A stretch of 36,394 nucleotides of DNA. Origin: a virus. The notes beneath the pieces are model-generated. The model was not told the DNA's origin. It did not search any database and saw nothing but the letters and a program-made list of their open reading frames with translations. The DNA is taken from positions 1-36,394 of IMG/VR virus record IMGVR_UViG_3300047335_000135; one strand, written 5' to 3'. The translations under genes were made by a program, and so were the position numbers. Below are positions 32,204 through 36,394 of this stretch, one piece after another (the first letter of the stretch is position 1; the number at the start of each line of letters is the position of its first letter).

Positions 32204-32240
32204 TTCCTATGGAGCTCCATCCCTCTATATTCCATAGGAA
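32204..32240 (+). promoter_or_regulatory. Perfect 10-bp inverted repeat overlapping the portal RBS
   Basis: ttcctatgga (32204-32213) and tccataggaa (32231-32240). The 3' arm contains aggaa, 9 nt before ATG 32249. Confidence 0.4.
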
Positions 32241-32248
32241 GTAGCAAT

Positions 32249-34333
32249 ATGATATTTCCCCAACTCATGCCCGAATACGCGGATGAGAAAGATCGTCCAC
32301 TCTTATACCGAATGACAGACTTCTACTCTGAAAGCATTACGCTTAACCAGTCCTTTTGGGCTGAAGCAGACATAGATAATAGATTTATCTCAGGTGAAGT
32401 TAATCTCTGGTCGGAACTCTACCCAAATGTTCCTGCCAATCGTCGCAGGTTATTCAATTTTAATCGCATACGACGCGTTATTAACATGATCTCTGGCCAT
32501 CAGCGGCGTACGCGCAAGTCTATGATTGCTGTTCCCATAGAAAATGCTGATGATGCTACTGCAGATCAATTCACAAAAGTACTGATGCATGTAGCCCATC
32601 AAGATGGCATTCTTGAGACCATATCTGATGCCTTTTATGGGTCTCTTACAACAGGTATGACATTGCTTGAAGTATGGAACGATTTCCGTAAAGATCCCGT
32701 ATCAGGAACCCTACGAGTCAATAAATGTGAATATAATGAGTTTCTTATAGATCCCTATTTCCGCAAGCCAGATCTATCTGATTGCCGTGGTATATGGAAA
32801 CGCTCCTATATGACCAAGCGTGAGATCATTTCACTCATGCCTGACAAAGAGGATGAGATCATGTCCATTATGGTCAATGCTGCAGCTCCATCCAAGGATG
32901 CCAAGTTCCAATACATGCCAGAAAACTATGGTTGGTCATATAAAAATCTCATGGCCTATGACGAGTTCCATTACCAAGACTTTAGGCAACAAAAACTACT
33001 GGTAGATTCGCAAACAGGTGAAACAACTGAATGGCGCTCACAAGATGAAGATCGTTTGAAGGAGTTTCTACGCACATACCCACAAGTAACTGTTATAGAA
33101 ACAACGATTCCTACCGTCAAAGTAGGCATAGTTGTACAAGGCAAGGTGCTCTACGACGGCCCCAATACGCTTGGCATAGATCGTTATCCATTTGTTCCAG
33201 TACTGACCTACTATAATCCACAGTCACCTTATTATTATTTGCGCATACAAGGCGTGGTACGAGGACTCCGTGATGCTCAGTATCTTTATAGCAGACGTAA
33301 GGTTATAGAACTTGATATACTCGAGTCACAAATAAACTCAGGTTGGATCTACAAAGAGAACGCGCTTGTTAACCCTAAAGATGTTTTCCTGTCTAATCAG
33401 GGTCGTGGATTGGCGCTGAAGGACTCAGCTTTGATGACTGATGTGATGCAGATCCCAGCACCACAGATTCCTCCTTCTATGTTCCAATTATCTGAAGGCC
33501 TAGCTAACGAAATTAATCAGATCTCGGGCGTGAACGAAGAACTTTTGGGCAGCGCGATGGACGACAAAGCAGGCGTATTATCTATGCTCCGACAAGGTGC
33601 AGGACTTACAACATTACAACCTTTATTTGATCAATTAGACCAGTCTCAGAAGTTATTGGGCCGCATTCTTATTGAAGCAGTTCAATCTAATTACACTCCC
33701 GGCAAGATACAAAAGATCCTTAAGGAACAACCCTCTGATCAATTCTACAACAAGGCTTTTGGTATCTATGACTGTGTGGTTGAAGATGGCCTTAACACTG
33801 CCACCCAAAAACAGATGGAATTTGCACAACTCTTACAGCTACGTGAACTGGGTGTGCCTATACCGGACGAGTCGCTTGTTGAATCGGCTACTCTACAAAA
33901 TAAGAAAAAACTCATTGAAATCATGCAGAAGAATCAACAGCAGCAGCAACAGATGCAGCAGATGCAGATGCAGGCCGCTATCCAAGAACAACAGGCCCGT
34001 ACTGAACTTGCGCAAGCACGAACAGTTGCCGATCAGGGGCTTGGCGTAGAGCGTATGAGCAGAGTACAAGAGAACCAAGCATTGGCTACTGAGCGTAAGG
34101 CACAAGCAGAGCGTGATCACTATGCATCGCTATTAGACTTCGTTAAAGCACTTAAAGAACTAGAAGGCATTGATATTGCCAACTTAGGAAATTTGATCTC
34201 TCTTGCTAAAGGTTTGTCTATGGAAAGTGAACGCGGTGTACAGCATAATCCATCTCAGGCTGCTCCGAAGCGGGCACCTGCAAACAAACAAGAGAGATCG
34301 TTAGATGTATTGCAGGGATTAACTCCTGCGTAG
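32249..34333 (+). CDS. Portal protein (size and position-based)
   Basis: 694 aa and the first large head gene after terL. It has a Gln-rich coiled C-terminal barrel-like segment (QKNQQQQQQMQQMQMQAAIQEQQ). Confidence 0.6.
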   Translation: MIFPQLMPEYADEKDRPLLYRMTDFYSESITLNQSFWAEADIDNRFISGEVNLWSELYPNVPANRRRLFNFNRIRRVINMISGHQRRTRKSMIAVPIENADDATADQFTKVLMHVAHQDGILETISDAFYGSLTTGMTLLEVWNDFRKDPVSGTLRVNKCEYNEFLIDPYFRKPDLSDCRGIWKRSYMTKREIISLMPDKEDEIMSIMVNAAAPSKDAKFQYMPENYGWSYKNLMAYDEFHYQDFRQQKLLVDSQTGETTEWRSQDEDRLKEFLRTYPQVTVIETTIPTVKVGIVVQGKVLYDGPNTLGIDRYPFVPVLTYYNPQSPYYYLRIQGVVRGLRDAQYLYSRRKVIELDILESQINSGWIYKENALVNPKDVFLSNQGRGLALKDSALMTDVMQIPAPQIPPSMFQLSEGLANEINQISGVNEELLGSAMDDKAGVLSMLRQGAGLTTLQPLFDQLDQSQKLLGRILIEAVQSNYTPGKIQKILKEQPSDQFYNKAFGIYDCVVEDGLNTATQKQMEFAQLLQLRELGVPIPDESLVESATLQNKKKLIEIMQKNQQQQQQMQQMQMQAAIQEQQARTELAQARTVADQGLGVERMSRVQENQALATERKAQAERDHYASLLDFVKALKELEGIDIANLGNLISLAKGLSMESERGVQHNPSQAAPKRAPANKQERSLDVLQGLTPA

Positions 34334-34383
34334 TTAGAGGTAGTTTTATTAACCTGGGCACAGCCCATTTCTACGAGGGTATT

Positions 34384-34671
34384 ATGGCAAAGAAACATTA
34401 CCACCACGGCAGTAAAGCGGATGGATTTAAGCACCGCGAAATGTATGCTGGCAAAACAATGCGATCTGAAATGGATCGTGAAAATTCACACATGATTGGC
34501 GAAGATCACCACGCCATAGCAAATATGCCACAGCATGTTGTTATGCGTAGCTGGCCAAAGGGATATGATTACGTTGATTATCATCTTAATGATACCATCT
34601 CCGGTATTGATACACAGCGTAAAAGTGATTCTAAGTTTAAAAAGCAAAGAGCACATCCTGAAATGTTCTAA
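34384..34671 (+). CDS. Small His-rich head-module protein, paralogue 1
   Basis: MIGEDHHAIANMPQHVVM shares the ED..AIAN.PQ motif with the next ORF. Confidence 0.5.
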   Translation: MAKKHYHHGSKADGFKHREMYAGKTMRSEMDRENSHMIGEDHHAIANMPQHVVMRSWPKGYDYVDYHLNDTISGIDTQRKSDSKFKKQRAHPEMF

Positions 34672-34680
34672 GGAGAACCT

Positions 34681-35010
34681 ATGCGCGCTAAAGTCCCAAA
34701 ATTCCCACAACATGCCCCTAAACTAAACAGGGATAATTCTCCTGTTATGAAAGAGGCGCCTGTTGACAAACGCATGGACGCCAATGCATTACGCAAGCGT
34801 GCAATGGAAATGCAACAAGGCAACATGATCCAGAATATGGATATGCGTAATATATTTTATGAAGCAGGTGATCCTCGTCGGCGCAATGAGCGCCTCGACA
34901 GCAATCTTGTTCATGAAGATGAGCGCGCTATAGCCAATCTTCCACAACAAGAGTATCAAACTATGTTCCGTGGCCGTCGTCATCAAAAGATGATGAATAT
35001 GGATTCATGA
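34681..35010 (+). CDS. Small head-module protein, paralogue 2
   Basis: LVHEDERAIANLPQQEYQ, with the RBS aaggagaacct. Confidence 0.5.
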   Translation: MRAKVPKFPQHAPKLNRDNSPVMKEAPVDKRMDANALRKRAMEMQQGNMIQNMDMRNIFYEAGDPRRRNERLDSNLVHEDERAIANLPQQEYQTMFRGRRHQKMMNMDS

Positions 35011-35162
35011 TGCCTGCTATGCCACGGCCTAATAAGAAGGCCACTAAGATAGCATTTAAGATTATAGGCGTTCCTCCTTGCATGCAGAAGGTTAAAGAAA
35101 TGCCTAAGAAGCGACGCCAGCGACGAGAGCTTGATGCAGAAGATAGTAGATTTATAAGGTAG
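35010..35162 (+). CDS. Small basic protein (50 aa)
   Basis: My translation is MPAMPRPNKKATKIAFKIIGVPPCMQKVKEMPKKRRQRRELDAEDSRFIR. The ATG overlaps the upstream stop (ATGATG). Confidence 0.4.
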   Translation: MPAMPRPNKKATKIAFKIIGVPPCMQKVKEMPKKRRQRRELDAEDSRFIR

Positions 35163-35186
35163 GGGTTATCCCCTGCCTTGTTTTTT
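35156..35186 (+). terminator. Rho-independent terminator candidate
   Basis: aaggtagggg-ttat-cccctgcctt forms a 10-bp stem with one G.U pair, followed by gtttttt. Confidence 0.65.
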
Positions 35187-35223
35187 AACCATAAAACAGC
35201 ATAAACTACCCGGAAAAAGAACC

Positions 35224-35511
35224 ATGAAGAAAAAAAAACGAGAAGTTACCGTCGCCAAAGGTGTTAAAGTTTCCCGAGGAAAAGAAGAAAAACTCAAAGA
35301 TAAAAAAGGCGGGTCTAATACAGGACGCTATAAGACGGTTAACCCTAAGGAGTTTGCAGGGAAAGCGGGTGGGACCAGTAAGTATAGTTTTCCCATTAAT
35401 ACTCTTGCAAGGGCTCGCAATGCACTTGCTCGGGCACACTATGCGCCTAATCCTGAAGGGATACGAGCTTCTGTTCACCGCAAATACCCTCAACTTAAAA
35501 AAGGAAAGTAA
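35224..35511 (+). CDS. Small basic hypothetical protein
   Basis: 95 aa. FPINTLARARNALARAHYAPNPEGIRASVHRKYP resembles a conserved small phage protein family whose function I do not know. Confidence 0.5.
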   Translation: MKKKKREVTVAKGVKVSRGKEEKLKDKKGGSNTGRYKTVNPKEFAGKAGGTSKYSFPINTLARARNALARAHYAPNPEGIRASVHRKYPQLKKGK

Positions 35512-35624
35512 TGGCTAAGCAAAAAGTTAAGAAACCTAAATCTAAAAAGATGCATACTGGTAAATGTGATTGTGGTAAATGCATGAGCATGCCATCAAAA
35601 CATATGCCTATGAAGAAAAAATAA
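35511..35624 (+). CDS. Tiny Lys/Cys-rich protein (37 aa)
   Basis: My translation is MAKQKVKKPKSKKMHTGKCDCGKCMSMPSKHMPMKKK. TAATG overlaps the upstream stop. Confidence 0.35.
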   Translation: MAKQKVKKPKSKKMHTGKCDCGKCMSMPSKHMPMKKK

Positions 35625-35643
35625 GCCCTGTAAGCGGAGATAC

Positions 35644-36123
35644 ATGGATAAGACCACTACATTAGGATCTCTTGCATATGACGCTCTTTTAAAGGAGCCT
35701 GAATCAAGAGATCCTATAGAATTACAAAGAGAGCTTCAGAAGAAATATATAGATGAGCTGGTAGATTGTGTCGAGAACTATAAAAAGATTCGACCACGAT
35801 CCTTTTTTGTTTGCGTTGTAACTAAGCGCGAGAAGTTACTCCAGCCAATTCTGCGTAATTACTTTATAGCTCGTGACTCATGCCCAACTCCTGATTACGA
35901 TCAAGCAGTCTATAAATATAACCATGAGAGTGAACAGATTGAGTATCTCTGGTGTATACCGGATAGAGAAGCGTGTCTTACCTATAGAGAAAATGCACTA
36001 CAGGTTGTACCCGAAGAACGGCAACTACTCCAACATATATTAGACTTTGCCGATGGAACCCTCTATCGATTATCAAAAAAACTGAATAAAGAGCAGACAG
36101 ATTCACCCCTTTTAGAAATCTAG
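35644..36123 (+). CDS. Hypothetical head-module protein
   Basis: 159-aa ORF with the RBS gcggagatac. Confidence 0.5.
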   Translation: MDKTTTLGSLAYDALLKEPESRDPIELQRELQKKYIDELVDCVENYKKIRPRSFFVCVVTKREKLLQPILRNYFIARDSCPTPDYDQAVYKYNHESEQIEYLWCIPDREACLTYRENALQVVPEERQLLQHILDFADGTLYRLSKKLNKEQTDSPLLEI

Positions 36124-36130
36124 GAGAAGT

Positions 36131-36394
36131 ATGGAAGAACAAAATTTAGATCAAGTAATAGAAAATGTAGCTGACAATGGAGAGCAACTTGAGCAGTCTG
36201 CACCGGTGGATGTTGCAACACAGCCCACGCCACCTGCACAAGCAAATTCATACGAACAAAACCTTAAACGACTCAGAGAAAAAGCTGAGCGAACAGATTA
36301 TTTGGAAAGAGAACTTGCCCGAGTCATGCAAGAACAACAGCGGTCCAACACTGTATCTCCTGATGATGGCCCTAGTTTTGCTGACGATGATCTT
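36131..36394 (+). CDS. Scaffolding-like protein, N-terminal part (continues at base 128 after circularisation)
   Basis: ATG 36131 follows aggagaagt. The segment is 264 nt, or 88 whole codons to the window end. Base 128 is in the same frame as ORF 35..586. Confidence 0.5.
   Translation, partial: MEEQNLDQVIENVADNGEQLEQSAPVDVATQPTPPAQANSYEQNLKRLREKAERTDYLERELARVMQEQQRSNTVSPDDGPSFADDDL
36268..36394. repeat. Terminal direct repeat copy 2, identical to 1..127
   Basis: Same 127-nt string as the window start. Confidence 0.95.

Noticed and set aside
35229-35241. A-run (gaagaaaaaaaaacg) near the start of ORF 35224..35511, together with overlapping ORF 35261..35518, as a programmed frameshift
   Set aside because: The run encodes a plausible Lys tract. 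The overlapping ORF has no motif or RBS and looks like a shadow ORF, and there is no downstream stimulatory structure.
1-36394. Alternative genetic code (stop-codon reassignment), given the phage-encoded tRNAs
   Set aside because: The standard code already gives long, tightly packed ORFs with RBSs throughout. The only fragmented gene, the capsid gene, is explained by introns and not by in-frame stops.

Overview
The first and last 127 bases of this window are identical, so it is a complete, circularly closed genome of 36,267 unique bp. It belongs to a small tailed dsDNA phage with a podovirus-like layout, roughly 40% GC by eye and strong Shine-Dalgarno sites.

Gene order:
- Scaffold-like gene, which wraps across the junction.
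- A 3-kb accessory island with a lipoprotein, small membrane proteins and a MerR-type HTH gene.
- Major capsid gene, then virion and tail genes of T7-like sizes and order.
- Internal-virion-like proteins.
- A six-gene fibre / receptor-binding module.
- A leftward early operon with an ERF annealase, an RHH protein and small membrane or Cys-rich proteins.
- An iteron-rich non-coding region and a divergent control region.
- A rightward operon: putative initiator, putative small terminase, RuvC and large terminase.
- A 2.3-kb insertion.
- Portal and small head-module genes.

Main observations:
1. The HK97-fold (N4 gp56-type) major capsid gene is split into four exons by three related group I introns. 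Each intron has a readable P1 / internal-guide pairing with a U.G pair at the splice site. One carries a LAGLIDADG homing endonuclease inside its P1 loop. The other two carry non-endonuclease cargo ORFs.
2. Between terL and portal there is a promoter-equipped module encoding a lone TnpB-like protein. Its RuvC-I catalytic Asp is replaced by Gln, so it is predicted to be nuclease-dead. Strand-asymmetric arrays of a GCTCA motif flank it. A 266-nt non-coding tail (candidate omega/guide RNA), a small RHH gene and two tRNA genes follow. One tRNA has about 25 extra nt in its anticodon arm.
3. The fibre module is built from paralogous cassettes and contains a recombination scar.
4. A region with 3.6 copies of a 23-bp repeat lies between duplicated palindrome-bearing modules and is a candidate origin.

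By eye I found no integrase, DNA polymerase, primase/helicase, endolysin or holin. All functional calls come from motif recognition and synteny only; no searches were run.
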